Source: Candidatus Woesearchaeota archaeon
Lineage (GTDB): Archaea > Nanobdellota > Nanobdellia > Woesearchaeales > JACJVV01
NCBI GenBank assembly: GCA_047602755.1
Contig: JBLKOM010000001.1
Location: 147,679 to 211,678 of the forward strand
Reading direction: 5' to 3'
Length of the DNA: 64,000 bases
Part shown: positions 31,271-40,523 of the stretch, one piece after another
Layout: every line of letters starts with the position of its first letter
How positions within the stretch are numbered: the first letter of the stretch is position 1
Made by a program: the position numbers and the translations under genes
The notes under the pieces: model-generated
Seen by the model: only the letters and a program-made list of their open reading frames with translations
The model's database searches: none
What the model was told of the DNA's origin: nothing

Positions 31271-31393
31271 AAATTATAAAATAATATCAATAATTAATAA
31301 AATTATTGCTTAAATTTAAACAAGTATAAAATTAAGTTAAATTCTACAAAAATAAAAAATAAACAAATAAGTAAATAAGAATAAGAAAAAATT

Positions 31394-31523
31394 AAAAAAC
31401 GCGTCTGCGAAGATTCCCACCTAAGGGAATGCACCCTATAGATACCTGCATTCTAACTAGGCATAAAGCCTAGTGGAATTAATATGGAAGTTAGAAAAAT
31501 AAAAAACGCGTCTGCGAAGATTC
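31394..31523. repeat. 23-bp direct repeat of the tRNA-Arg 3' end (31394-31416 and 31501-31523) flanking a hairpin-rich insert
   Basis: AAAAAACGCGTCTGCGAAGATTC occurs twice, 107 bp apart; between them ACTAGGC-ATAAA-GCCTAGT and GAATGCA...TGCATTC hairpins. Confidence 0.85.
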
Positions 31524-31623
31524 GAACTCCGGACCTACAGCTTAGGAGGCTGTCGCTCTATTTACTTTACATTATGCAAATAACATAGTAAGTTATTATG
31601 TATCCAAGCTGAGCTACAGACGC
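31507..31623 (-). tRNA. tRNA-Arg(CCU) with 42-nt D-loop intron (31562-31603)
   Basis: GCGUCUG/CAGACGC acceptor, ACAGC-CU-CCU-AA-GCUGU, CGGAG-UUCGAAU-CUUCG; BHB GCUU/AAGU with GG^A and AA^A bulges; no encoded CCA. Confidence 0.92.
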
Positions 31624-31673
31624 ATTATTATAATAAAATATCAAGTATTTTTAAACTTTTATCCTATCCAAAT

Positions 31674-32747
31674 CTAGAAATCACTTAATTTTTTCTCAAC
31701 ATTTTGTGGATGAATGATAGTAGTCTTACCTTCTTTACCACCTACAATTTTCTCTGTTGAAATAAATTTGCTTTTAGAAAGTTTTTCAATCTTACGCTGA
31801 AATGTTTTATATGTCATTTGACCCCCTAAATTTTCATATATTTTAAACAATTCACCAATCTTTTGACTAGGGTTAGACCTTGCAATCTCTAATATTTTTA
31901 AACTTTCATCATCTAAATCTGTTGATTTTTTAATTGTAAATTCATCCATCTTTTTAATTGCATTTCCAACATCTTGTAACTCAATAATTTTTGATGCACG
32001 ATCTTCGGCAGAATTACCTGCTTCTTTCATAATATATAACCCTGAGCGTATATCTTCAAGCTCAAAAGTTCTATTAACAACTTTCTCAAAAGCATCATCT
32101 TTCCATGAATTAGGTTGAAAAGCATATTTTTTTCTATTTTCTAAAATACCTTTAGTTTCATTAGAATTATAAGGCTTAAACTCAATTAACTCTGGAGTCA
32201 TTCTTGATTTTACTCTTATGTCAAGATCTTCAATCCAAGATTTAAAATTTGTAATCATAATTATTGTTTTTCTATATATTTGCTCAAGTAAAGTATACAA
32301 AACATCCATTTCCTCACTTTTATCAACTTCATCAAAAACAAATACAGCAGACTTTTTATTAACTATATCTCTTACAATTTTAAATAAATCTTCAGTTTTT
32401 TTATTTTGAGTAAACTTATATCCAAGAATATCACAAACTTCTAATAAAACCTTATAAGTAGTATTTTTTTGCCAACAATTAACATAAATAGGTATTATAT
32501 CATCTGTTTCTTCTTCCAATTCATTTAATATATGACGTATTGCCAATGTTTTTCCAATACCTGGTTTTCCATAAACAAAAACATTTTTACCATTTCTTTC
32601 TGCAAATAATGGTTTTATGCATGAAGCTATTTTAAATTGCTCATCCTCACGATAAGGAATTAATTTAGGCATATAATCATAATCTAATGCAACTGTATCT
32701 GCAAAAACACTTTCACTATCTTTTAGAATATTTGTAAAAATCCCCAT
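31674..32747 (-). CDS. cdc6: Cdc6/Orc1 family initiator AAA+ ATPase
   Basis: DYMPKLIPYRE, GKPGIGKT, YVNC, FDEVD, C-terminal wHTH. Confidence 0.9.
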   Translation of the reverse strand: MGIFTNILKDSESVFADTVALDYDYMPKLIPYREDEQFKIASCIKPLFAERNGKNVFVYGKPGIGKTLAIRHILNELEEETDDIIPIYVNCWQKNTTYKVLLEVCDILGYKFTQNKKTEDLFKIVRDIVNKKSAVFVFDEVDKSEEMDVLYTLLEQIYRKTIIMITNFKSWIEDLDIRVKSRMTPELIEFKPYNSNETKGILENRKKYAFQPNSWKDDAFEKVVNRTFELEDIRSGLYIMKEAGNSAEDRASKIIELQDVGNAIKKMDEFTIKKSTDLDDESLKILEIARSNPSQKIGELFKIYENLGGQMTYKTFQRKIEKLSKSKFISTEKIVGGKEGKTTIIHPQNVEKKLSDF

Positions 32748-32820
32748 AATTAAATATAAAGATAGAATTTGTTTTTATAGTTTTGTATTCTTATCCATAA
32801 TTTCTACAAAAAAAACAAGT

Positions 32821-33561
32821 TTATTTCAAATATTCAAGAAATTCTTTTTCAGCTTCTATGCATACATCAGAATTTTCCAAGCAAGGGATAAATCTTCTCT
32901 CAAAATCAGGATATTTACCAGTATCAACTAATATTGGTTTTCCTTCAATATCAAAAAAAGTAAGAAAAGCTCCTGGAAAACTATAATGTATTTCATAAAA
33001 TGATTGAACATAATCTTGAAGTCTACGACTCATATTCAAACTTAAGACTGAACCTATATTATTATCTAAAGCAATCTCATAGTCAATTTTGGCCATTTCA
33101 GAAATAACATCATTAATATGCTGTGCAAAAGAAAAAAATCGATCTATATAATCATCTCTTGAAACAATAGTTACTTCATCATTAGCATTCACTTGATATG
33201 TATCTAAAATGCCATATCTTTTTAATCGTAATAAATTTTTAGGCTGCAAACTTAATTTAAGTTCATCATATTCTGGAATATCTTGATCAATTAATCCTGT
33301 CAAAAAAAAACGTCCAAATTTTTCTTCTAATTCTGCTTCAAAAAGAATTTTATCAAGACGCTCTAATTCTTGGTCTTCTTGAGATGAAATACCTCCTGAA
33401 ATTATTTTTGAATCCAAAAAAGAAACTCTATCAGATAAAGACTTCAATAAATGTATAAAAAAATCAGTTCTTTGGACTGTTGCCAAATAACAAGAATCTT
33501 TATCTTTCTTAAGTAAAACGTATTTATCAGTTGGCAGCCCAGTAATATCAATTAATTTCAT
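32821..33561 (-). CDS. Hypothetical protein
   Basis: 246-aa ORF with TATA box 28 nt upstream; no family recognised. Confidence 0.65.
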   Translation of the reverse strand: MKLIDITGLPTDKYVLLKKDKDSCYLATVQRTDFFIHLLKSLSDRVSFLDSKIISGGISSQEDQELERLDKILFEAELEEKFGRFFLTGLIDQDIPEYDELKLSLQPKNLLRLKRYGILDTYQVNANDEVTIVSRDDYIDRFFSFAQHINDVISEMAKIDYEIALDNNIGSVLSLNMSRRLQDYVQSFYEIHYSFPGAFLTFFDIEGKPILVDTGKYPDFERRFIPCLENSDVCIEAEKEFLEYLK

Positions 33562-33624
33562 ACAAACTAAGAATAATATTTTATTTAAATAGTTTACTAG
33601 ATTAACTACTCTTAAGTTATAAAA

Positions 33625-33999
33625 TTAATTTTGCTTTAAACCACACCGATGACAATATATATTAATTTTTCTCATAGGAGTAGAACATTTAGGGCAATAA
33701 CCTATATAACCATATAAGTCCATCTTAACTTTAGTATTATTCCTTCTATCAGAATCTAAATTTGGTGCATCAGGTATACCCTCAGAATCATCAAAAAGAC
33801 GTTTATCTTTCGTAGGACTTTTTTCCTTTCGCATAATTATAGCAATAATAACTTTAGCAACACCATAAGCAATAAACAAATATCCAACATAAATAAAAAC
33901 AGTTAAGCTTGTAGTTCCTTGAAGATTATTCAAATAAAAAGAAAGAAAAGAAAATAATATACCAATTATTATAAATATTGAACCTGGAATCTTTGCCAT
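33625..33999 (-). CDS. Two-TM membrane protein with C-terminal zinc ribbon
   Basis: CPKC...CHRCG. Confidence 0.75.
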   Translation of the reverse strand: MAKIPGSIFIIIGILFSFLSFYLNNLQGTTSLTVFIYVGYLFIAYGVAKVIIAIIMRKEKSPTKDKRLFDDSEGIPDAPNLDSDRRNNTKVKMDLYGYIGYCPKCSTPMRKINIYCHRCGLKQN

Positions 34000-34109
34000 A
34001 GATTAATCCAATATTAAATGTATTTAAAACTTTGTTATTATAATAAAGTAGAATAAAGACACAAAAATCTGAAGTAAACTTTATAAAAACACTTCCAAAT
34101 CCATAACTT

Positions 34110-35672
34110 ATGAGTGAAGAACAAACACAAAATAAACCAAAGAAAGAAATATTTGGAACAGACGATATGGCTACTTTCTGTCGTTCAAAGGGATTTATAT
34201 TTACAAATTCCGAAATATATGGTGGGCTTAAAGGATTTTTTGACTATGGGCCATTAGGATCTGAAATGAAAAAAAATCTAAAAGACGCATGGTGGAAATT
34301 TCATGTAACAGACAGAGAAGATGTAGTAGGAATAGATGGAAGTATACTTACCCATCCAAAAGTATGGGAAGCTTCAGGTCATGCAGCTAATTTTGCAGAC
34401 ATCATGGTTGAAGATTCAAAAACTGGAGAAAAACATAGAGCAGATGTTTTAATTGAGGAAGCACTTAATATTGCAGCTGATGGGCTTAATTCTGAACAAT
34501 TATGGAAATTAATAGAAGAAAATAAAATTCTATCACCTGCTGGAAATCCATTATCTATGCCTGAGCAATTCAATTTAATGTTTACAACAAATGTAGGTCC
34601 TAAAACTGACAAGGAAAGTATGGCATATTTAAGGCCAGAAACCGCACAATTAATGTTTACAAATTTTAAACAAGTAGTAGAAACATCAAGATTAAAATTA
34701 CCTTTTGGTATTGCACAAATGGGAAAAGCTTTTAGAAACGAGATTTCACCAAGAAACTTCCTTTTTAGATGCAGAGAATTTGAACAAATGGAGATTGAAT
34801 ATTTTATACATCCAAAAGATACAAATAATTGTCCATATATAGATGAAGTTCTAGAACATGAATTGTTAATATATTCAGCAGAAGAACAAGAAGCAGGAAA
34901 TGACAATCAAGGAACCGTCATGAAAATGAAAGATGCTCTTGCAAAAAATATAATTAAAACACAATGGCATGCTTATTGGCTTGCAACAGAGCATAAATGG
35001 TTCACATCATTAGGTGCAAAATCAGATAATTTTAGAATAAGACAGCATGTAAGTACTGAAAAAAGCCATTATGCTTTAGATACATGGGATTTAGAATACA
35101 AGTTTCCATGGGGATGGAAAGAACTTCAAGGAATGGCAAACAGAACTGATTTTGATTTACAACAACATATTAAACATTCAAAAAAAGATTTATCTCTATT
35201 TGACGAAGAAGCAAAAGAGAGAATAATTCCTCATGTTGTAGCAGAACCATCACAAGGTGTTGATAGAGCATTCTTAGTATTTATGTTTGATGCATATAAC
35301 AATGACAAAGAAAGAGGAAATATTGTACTTCACTTTTCTAATAAACTAGCTCCTATTAAAGTAGGAGTTTTTCCATTAGTCAATAAAAATATGGAATCTG
35401 CACGAGAAGTTTTCAAATCACTTCAAAAAGAATTCCCATGCATATTTGACAAATCAGGCTCAATTGGAAGACGATATGCAAGAGCAGATGAAATTGGGAT
35501 TCCATATTGTGTAACAGTTGATTTTGATTATAATGAAAAAGGAACAATTACTATTAGAGATAGAGATAGTACAAATCAAATAATTGTGAAAAAAGAAGAT
35601 ATCAAAACCACATTATCAAAATTAATAAATAATGAAATTGATTTTAAAAATGCTGGCGAATTAAAGCAATAA
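34110..35672 (+). CDS. glyS: Glycyl-tRNA synthetase (alpha2 type)
   Basis: YLRPETAQ, GKAFRNEISPR, REFEQMEIEYF, GSIGRRYARADEIG. Confidence 0.97.
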   Translation: MSEEQTQNKPKKEIFGTDDMATFCRSKGFIFTNSEIYGGLKGFFDYGPLGSEMKKNLKDAWWKFHVTDREDVVGIDGSILTHPKVWEASGHAANFADIMVEDSKTGEKHRADVLIEEALNIAADGLNSEQLWKLIEENKILSPAGNPLSMPEQFNLMFTTNVGPKTDKESMAYLRPETAQLMFTNFKQVVETSRLKLPFGIAQMGKAFRNEISPRNFLFRCREFEQMEIEYFIHPKDTNNCPYIDEVLEHELLIYSAEEQEAGNDNQGTVMKMKDALAKNIIKTQWHAYWLATEHKWFTSLGAKSDNFRIRQHVSTEKSHYALDTWDLEYKFPWGWKELQGMANRTDFDLQQHIKHSKKDLSLFDEEAKERIIPHVVAEPSQGVDRAFLVFMFDAYNNDKERGNIVLHFSNKLAPIKVGVFPLVNKNMESAREVFKSLQKEFPCIFDKSGSIGRRYARADEIGIPYCVTVDFDYNEKGTITIRDRDSTNQIIVKKEDIKTTLSKLINNEIDFKNAGELKQ

Positions 35673-35839
35673 ATAAAATTAATTTGTGAACAATAAATAA
35701 CTTTATAAAAAATTTCTAAATAAAAAATTTTTACTTTCAAAACCTATTATATTTCTAAATTAATAAAACAATAAACAAATTACCAGAATTATTTTTCTCA
35801 AAAAACAAATAAAAACTATAAAAACCTTTATAAACTTTA

Positions 35840-35895
35840 AGTTATATAACTATATAATAACTATAAATAATAATAAATATAACAGTTATATAACT
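35840..35895. promoter_or_regulatory. Two perfect 12-bp palindromes AGTTATATAACT (candidate operators)
   Basis: Copies at 35840-35851 and 35884-35895, between a TTTATAAA TATA candidate and the AbrB-like gene. Confidence 0.55.
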
Positions 35896-35941
35896 AAGAT
35901 TAAATTACACTAACCAAACTCAATTGACTTAATTCAAAAAG

Positions 35942-36124
35942 ATGGTAAGACTTCAGCATATAATAAACAAAAAACAAAACAAAGAAGCTTTTCTAATTGG
36001 AGTACCTAAAGATATTGTCAAACTTCTCAAACTAAAAAAAGGACAAGATTTTGCTGTTAGATTTAATGAAGAAAAAAATTCTATAGAATATGTCGCTATA
36101 AAAAACGAAAAAAATAATAAATAA
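35942..36124 (+). CDS. AbrB/MazE/SpoVT-like DNA-binding protein
   Basis: IGVPKDIVKLLKLKKGQDF motif, 60 aa. Confidence 0.75.
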   Translation: MVRLQHIINKKQNKEAFLIGVPKDIVKLLKLKKGQDFAVRFNEEKNSIEYVAIKNEKNNK

Positions 36125-36125
36125 A

Positions 36126-37022
36126 ATGAAAAAAATAAAAAGACTAGAACTTGAATTTATAACTGCATCATTCATTTTCCTACTTATGATTATGTTTACT
36201 TCTATTTTTATGAATCAAGCAACATTAACAGGATATGCAATATATGAAAATCCTGTAGAAGCACAATCTGCTGTACAACAATTTTTTAGAAATGAAATGT
36301 TTAATTCTTTAAAATCCGGTACAAAAATTTGTATAAATATTAAAAATGATATAGATGACTATTATAGCTATAAAATCAGAAAACCTGGTAATATCATAAC
36401 TGTAGAGCCTTCAGATTTTTATTGCGAAGGAAGAAATAATGAAGATTGGGTATTCATGATAAAAAGCCATAGCCAACTTGAAATGATGAATAATTTTTTT
36501 GATATAAATATGTTTACTAAAAAAGCAACAAATGATTATTTTGAAGTATGGTTATCAAGATATATTGAAAATGAAGAATATGTAATATGTGATGATCATC
36601 TAAAAAGAACATACTGTGACTTTATTAACAAAAATTTAAAAAAATCAGAACAAAGAGCATTAGGAATTACTTGTTGCTTAGATATTGATACTGAAAACCC
36701 AGCAGGAAATATATTTATAGACTTTATAGAGCAATTTTGGTTATTAATCCTTCTTTTTATAATTGGAATAATTATAGGGACAGGAGCAATTGTAGTACTA
36801 AGTACAAAAGACAAAGAAATTCCTAGTAAAGATAATATCAAAGAAATAACAGAATATATAAAAAAAGTAAGACAACAAGGATTTGATGACCTATTAATTA
36901 CAAATCAATTAAGTGATGCAGGATGGAAAAAACAAGATATAACAGAAGCATATGAAAAAATAAGAAAAGAAGATTTATATTCATTAAATGATAGATTTGA
37001 AAAAACATCACTTAAAAAATAA
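36126..37022 (+). CDS. Membrane-anchored hypothetical protein with C-terminal 'GF...L...GW' domain
   Basis: N-terminal TM + TGYAI, second TM, YIKKVRQQGFDDLLITNQLSDAGW. Confidence 0.65.
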   Translation: MKKIKRLELEFITASFIFLLMIMFTSIFMNQATLTGYAIYENPVEAQSAVQQFFRNEMFNSLKSGTKICINIKNDIDDYYSYKIRKPGNIITVEPSDFYCEGRNNEDWVFMIKSHSQLEMMNNFFDINMFTKKATNDYFEVWLSRYIENEEYVICDDHLKRTYCDFINKNLKKSEQRALGITCCLDIDTENPAGNIFIDFIEQFWLLILLFIIGIIIGTGAIVVLSTKDKEIPSKDNIKEITEYIKKVRQQGFDDLLITNQLSDAGWKKQDITEAYEKIRKEDLYSLNDRFEKTSLKK

Positions 37023-37158
37023 CATTAAGTAAAAATAATTGATAAAAATATATTCAAAAAACATAACAAAAAACAAATAAAATAGAAAAACAAAAACAAC
37101 TATTAAAGTATAAAAAGCTTTTTTAAATACAAAATAAAATATAAAATGAGGTAAAAAA

Positions 37159-37638
37159 ATGAAAATCTCAGAATTAGTACCAGGACAAGGAAAAATTGAA
37201 ATTGAAGCAAAAGTAAGCGAAAAAGGTGATGTACGCACTTTTGAAAAATTTGGGAAACAAGGTAAAGTATGTAACGCTAAAATAAAGGATGATACTGGAG
37301 AAATTACGTTAAGCCTTTGGAATGAACAAGTAGATAATGTAAATGTAGGAGATATTGTAAAGATAGGGAATGGATATGTATCAGAATATAAAGGACAAAT
37401 GCAACTATCAACCGGTAAATTTGGAACTCTTGAAATAATTGATATGAGCACAAAAGATCATGGTGAACACATTCTAACAAATGATGAAATCGAAGAAGCA
37501 GAAGCGATTAATCAAGAGATTCCTGAACCAGAACCTGAAGATGAAGTCACTGAAGATGAAATGAATGAATCAGAGATAATTGATTCTAAAAAGTATGATG
37601 ATCTAGACGTAGATATTGAAGAAGAAAAAGTTGATTAA
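37159..37638 (+). CDS. ssb: Single-OB-fold ssDNA-binding protein with acidic tail
   Basis: MKISEL, DDTGEITLSLWNEQ, NGYVSEYKG..QLSTGKFG. Confidence 0.9.
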   Translation: MKISELVPGQGKIEIEAKVSEKGDVRTFEKFGKQGKVCNAKIKDDTGEITLSLWNEQVDNVNVGDIVKIGNGYVSEYKGQMQLSTGKFGTLEIIDMSTKDHGEHILTNDEIEEAEAINQEIPEPEPEDEVTEDEMNESEIIDSKKYDDLDVDIEEEKVD

Positions 37639-37693
37639 AACAATATAAGATGAATTAAATTATTTTTATTTATTTCTAAAATATATTAAAAAG

Positions 37694-37781
37694 TGGGGAC
37701 GCGGGAATTTGAATCCCGGACACCTACGTATCCGACATACGCTCTTCAGCGTAGTGCTCTCCCGGACTGAGCTACGTCCCC
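37694..37781 (-). tRNA. tRNA-Phe(GAA) with canonical 14-nt intron at 37/38 (37730-37743)
   Basis: GGGGACG/CGUCCCC acceptor, CUACG-CU-GAA-G^..^A-CGUAG, BHB helix CUGA/UCGG. Confidence 0.93.
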
Positions 37782-37926
37782 ATCATTATTTTGAAGTAAT
37801 GATTCATTTATAAGATTTATGTTCCAAACTAGTTTAAATATAATGAATATAAAAATATAAAGAATAAATATATTACAAAACAATTAAAATAGAAATATTA
37901 AAATAAAAAAAATAAAAAAGAAAAAT

Positions 37927-38337
37927 TTATCGTTTTTTCTTTTTACCAGCTTTCTTAGCTGCTTTTTTCTTAGCAGGCTTTTTCTTAGCTGGTTTTTTAG
38001 TTGCTTTTTTCTTAGCTACTTTTTTCTTAGCTGTTTTTTTCTTAGCTACTTTTTTCTTAGCTACTTTTTTCTTAACAGCTTTCTTTTTCTTAGATTTTTT
38101 TCTTTTTGTGCCGCCTCTAGACATTTTAGCTCTTGAGACATCTCCATTCTTATCTATGAAATATAGGTAACCAGATTCTTTCTTAACTCCTGCTTTTGCT
38201 ACTTCTTCAGGTTTTTGTTTACCCTTCTTTCCGCCGCCTCTGGACATTTTAGCCCTAGAAACATTTCCTTTTTTGTCTACAAAGTACAGATATCCTGCAA
38301 CTTTTTTGACGCCAACTTTTGCAACTTTTTCAGCCAT
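37927..38337 (-). CDS. Basic protein with duplicated 'GYLYF.DK.G.VSRAKM.RG' domain and histone H1-like Lys/Ala tail
   Basis: Strong SD (AGAGGAGG) before MAEKVAK; two internal repeats; KKKVA/KKKPA pentapeptide repeats. Confidence 0.85.
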   Translation of the reverse strand: MAEKVAKVGVKKVAGYLYFVDKKGNVSRAKMSRGGGKKGKQKPEEVAKAGVKKESGYLYFIDKNGDVSRAKMSRGGTKRKKSKKKKAVKKKVAKKKVAKKKTAKKKVAKKKATKKPAKKKPAKKKAAKKAGKKKKR

Positions 38338-38417
38338 TTTTAATTTTCCTCCTCTCTTTTTAGTTGAATCATGAGTGTCATCCACCCAGAATAAAGTTAT
38401 TTTAGATGAACTGGTAT

Positions 38418-39119
38418 TTAAATGTTTCGTGGTCGATAGCCTTTATAGAGTTTTAGAAGTGATACAATTTCCCTCTCTGAGATAGCGCAACCATTCAATT
38501 TTAAGGCCCATAAAAGGGGTTTTAGTAAATCAGAGACGTTATCATATTTCAAATAATCATCAAAATATCCATGTTCTAAACCTACTAGAGCAAGTTCCAC
38601 AGATCGTATAATCTTTAATGTTGAGAAATGACGATGGAATTCTTTAAGATTTTCTTTATGTATTTGAACTTTTGAATTAAATCGTTTTTCTAAGATTTTA
38701 TGCAATCTAAGAGGATTTTCGAGTAAAAGCCTTGTAGTTCGTTCATCAACTACCAAAGCATCAGCATTAATGTTTTTTGCAAGCACTAAAGCATCAATCT
38801 CCCCTGCATTCAAAATAGTTAAATTTCTACCTTTAATGGAATAAATTGAATTTGTAAGTGAAGTTATTAGTTCAACCTCAGTTTGATAAATTTTAGTGTC
38901 AAAATTCTCTAAATAATTATCACCAATTAATTTTTTAATCATCATTGATTCAAAAGCAAATTTCTTTGATTTTGATGGAGTTTCAATTATTTCAATATGA
39001 ACAGCATTACAAATATAAAATAATCCATCATATTTTTTACGAAGAAAAGGTATAATATCAAGCAATGAATTTAAAGCTAATGTAATCAAAGGTCCAGAAT
39101 CAAACACTATCGCTTTCAT
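38418..39119 (-). CDS. PIN-domain protein (DUF3368-like)
   Basis: VFDSGPLI, EII, NAGEIDALVLA, VVDERTTR. Confidence 0.8.
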   Translation of the reverse strand: MKAIVFDSGPLITLALNSLLDIIPFLRKKYDGLFYICNAVHIEIIETPSKSKKFAFESMMIKKLIGDNYLENFDTKIYQTEVELITSLTNSIYSIKGRNLTILNAGEIDALVLAKNINADALVVDERTTRLLLENPLRLHKILEKRFNSKVQIHKENLKEFHRHFSTLKIIRSVELALVGLEHGYFDDYLKYDNVSDLLKPLLWALKLNGCAISEREIVSLLKLYKGYRPRNI

Positions 39120-39165
39120 ATTTATATCCTCATAAACTTCAAAAAAATGATAACTAAATCAATAA

Positions 39166-39711
39166 TCATCTGAAAAGACCTCTTGCAAAATTAATTCGTG
39201 CTTTAGCATCTACCCTTCCAAATGAATCAGCATCATCAATTTTAAAATTTCCAACATAATCTAAAATATCCCAACGAGAAACACCCATTATTTCAGAAGC
39301 CTTACCGATAGATAAGCCATGTTCATAAATCTTAAGTCCTTTTTTAACTTGTGCATGTTTTATGGTCTGAAGTATTGTAACACCTAAATCTTTATCATAC
39401 TTTTTAATATGGTCAAACAATTTTTTGATTTTTATTCTAAAAACAGTTTCATCATCAATAGAATTAATAGCCTCACCTATATGTTCACATAAAGAACTTG
39501 TATCAAGTCGTGAATCTTTAGATAATATCTTATAAAGAGAATGAGTCAATACAGAAATGCTTATCGAATCACTATCATGCATAAGTGAGATATCTTCTAA
39601 TAAACTATTACTTAATCTTTTTAATTCAGATACTATAACATTATTAGAACATAATATTTGCTTTACTTCTTTCAAAACAATTAATATATTATCTCTAACT
39701 TCATTTTCCAT
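39166..39711 (-). CDS. Hypothetical protein with C-terminal UPF0175-like HTH
   Basis: GLSIGKASEIMGVSRWDILDY; directly upstream of the PIN gene. Confidence 0.7.
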   Translation of the reverse strand: MENEVRDNILIVLKEVKQILCSNNVIVSELKRLSNSLLEDISLMHDSDSISISVLTHSLYKILSKDSRLDTSSLCEHIGEAINSIDDETVFRIKIKKLFDHIKKYDKDLGVTILQTIKHAQVKKGLKIYEHGLSIGKASEIMGVSRWDILDYVGNFKIDDADSFGRVDAKARINFARGLFR

Positions 39712-39824
39712 AACATATATATAAATTCAAATTTTAAAAAGTTTATCTAAATATAATAGTTAGTTATAGAACAAAAATAAAAGATACTATTTAGTTCTAT
39801 TATCATTAAGTTAGAAACAGAACA

Positions 39825-39841
39825 CCGAAAAGTATTTAAAG
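39825..39841 (+). promoter_or_regulatory. BRE-TATA promoter of oap operon
   Basis: CCGAAAAGTATTTAAAG ~50 nt upstream of ATG 39889. Confidence 0.55.
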
Positions 39842-39888
39842 ATTATTTCTAAGCATATACATAATAACTAAATGCGAGTGGAAGATGG

Positions 39889-40518
39889 ATGATCAATAAA
39901 ATTAAAGATTTTTTCAATGATTTCTTCAGTAAATTTATGAAGAAGAAAAAGGACATGAAAATTGGCCTTTATGGACCACCAAATGGTGGAAAAACAACTT
40001 TAGCAAATCGAATTTGTAAAGATTGGATTGGAGAAGATATGGGTTCTGTATCAAATGTTGCACATGAAACAAGAGAAATCCAAATTAAAGAACAAATCAA
40101 TATAAAATCAAAAGGTAAAGAATTAACATTTAATCTTATTGACACTCCTGGAATAGCTACTAAAATAGATTATGAAGAATTTATTAAAGCAGGCATGAAA
40201 GAAAAAGAAGCAAAAAAACGTGCTAAAGAAGCAACTAAAGGAGTTATTGATTCTATTAAATGGTTAGATGATATGGATATTGTTATCGTAGTATTAGACT
40301 CAACTATTGATCCTTATAGCCAAGTAAATATAACCATAATAGGTAATTTACAAGCAAGAAAAATTCCAGTAGTTATTGCAGCTAACAAAATCGATCTTAA
40401 AAAATCAAAAATTAAAAAAATAGAAGCAGCATTCCCTCAATATCCTGTGATTGGCATTTCTGGAAAGTATGGGAAAAATATGGAAAAGTTTTATGATACA
40501 CTATTTGAGGTTGCATAA
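39889..40518 (+). CDS. oapA: Era-like archaeal GTPase (OapA/ArvA)
   Basis: IGLYGPPNGGKTTLANRI, HETR, DTPG, NKID. Confidence 0.88.
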   Translation: MINKIKDFFNDFFSKFMKKKKDMKIGLYGPPNGGKTTLANRICKDWIGEDMGSVSNVAHETREIQIKEQINIKSKGKELTFNLIDTPGIATKIDYEEFIKAGMKEKEAKKRAKEATKGVIDSIKWLDDMDIVIVVLDSTIDPYSQVNITIIGNLQARKIPVVIAANKIDLKKSKIKKIEAAFPQYPVIGISGKYGKNMEKFYDTLFEVA

Positions 40519-40523
40519 ATAAA

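Noticed and set aside
31400-31490. Second complete or split tRNA gene
   Set aside because: Only the 3' 17 nt match a tRNA; no D or anticodon arm and no leader complementary to another half seen
32748-32820. ORB/oriC upstream of cdc6
   Set aside because: Short intergenic with no ORB-like TCCA...GAAA/G-string repeats
38338-38417. Structured leader upstream of the H1-like gene
   Set aside because: Only short, ambiguous complementarity; no convincing fold
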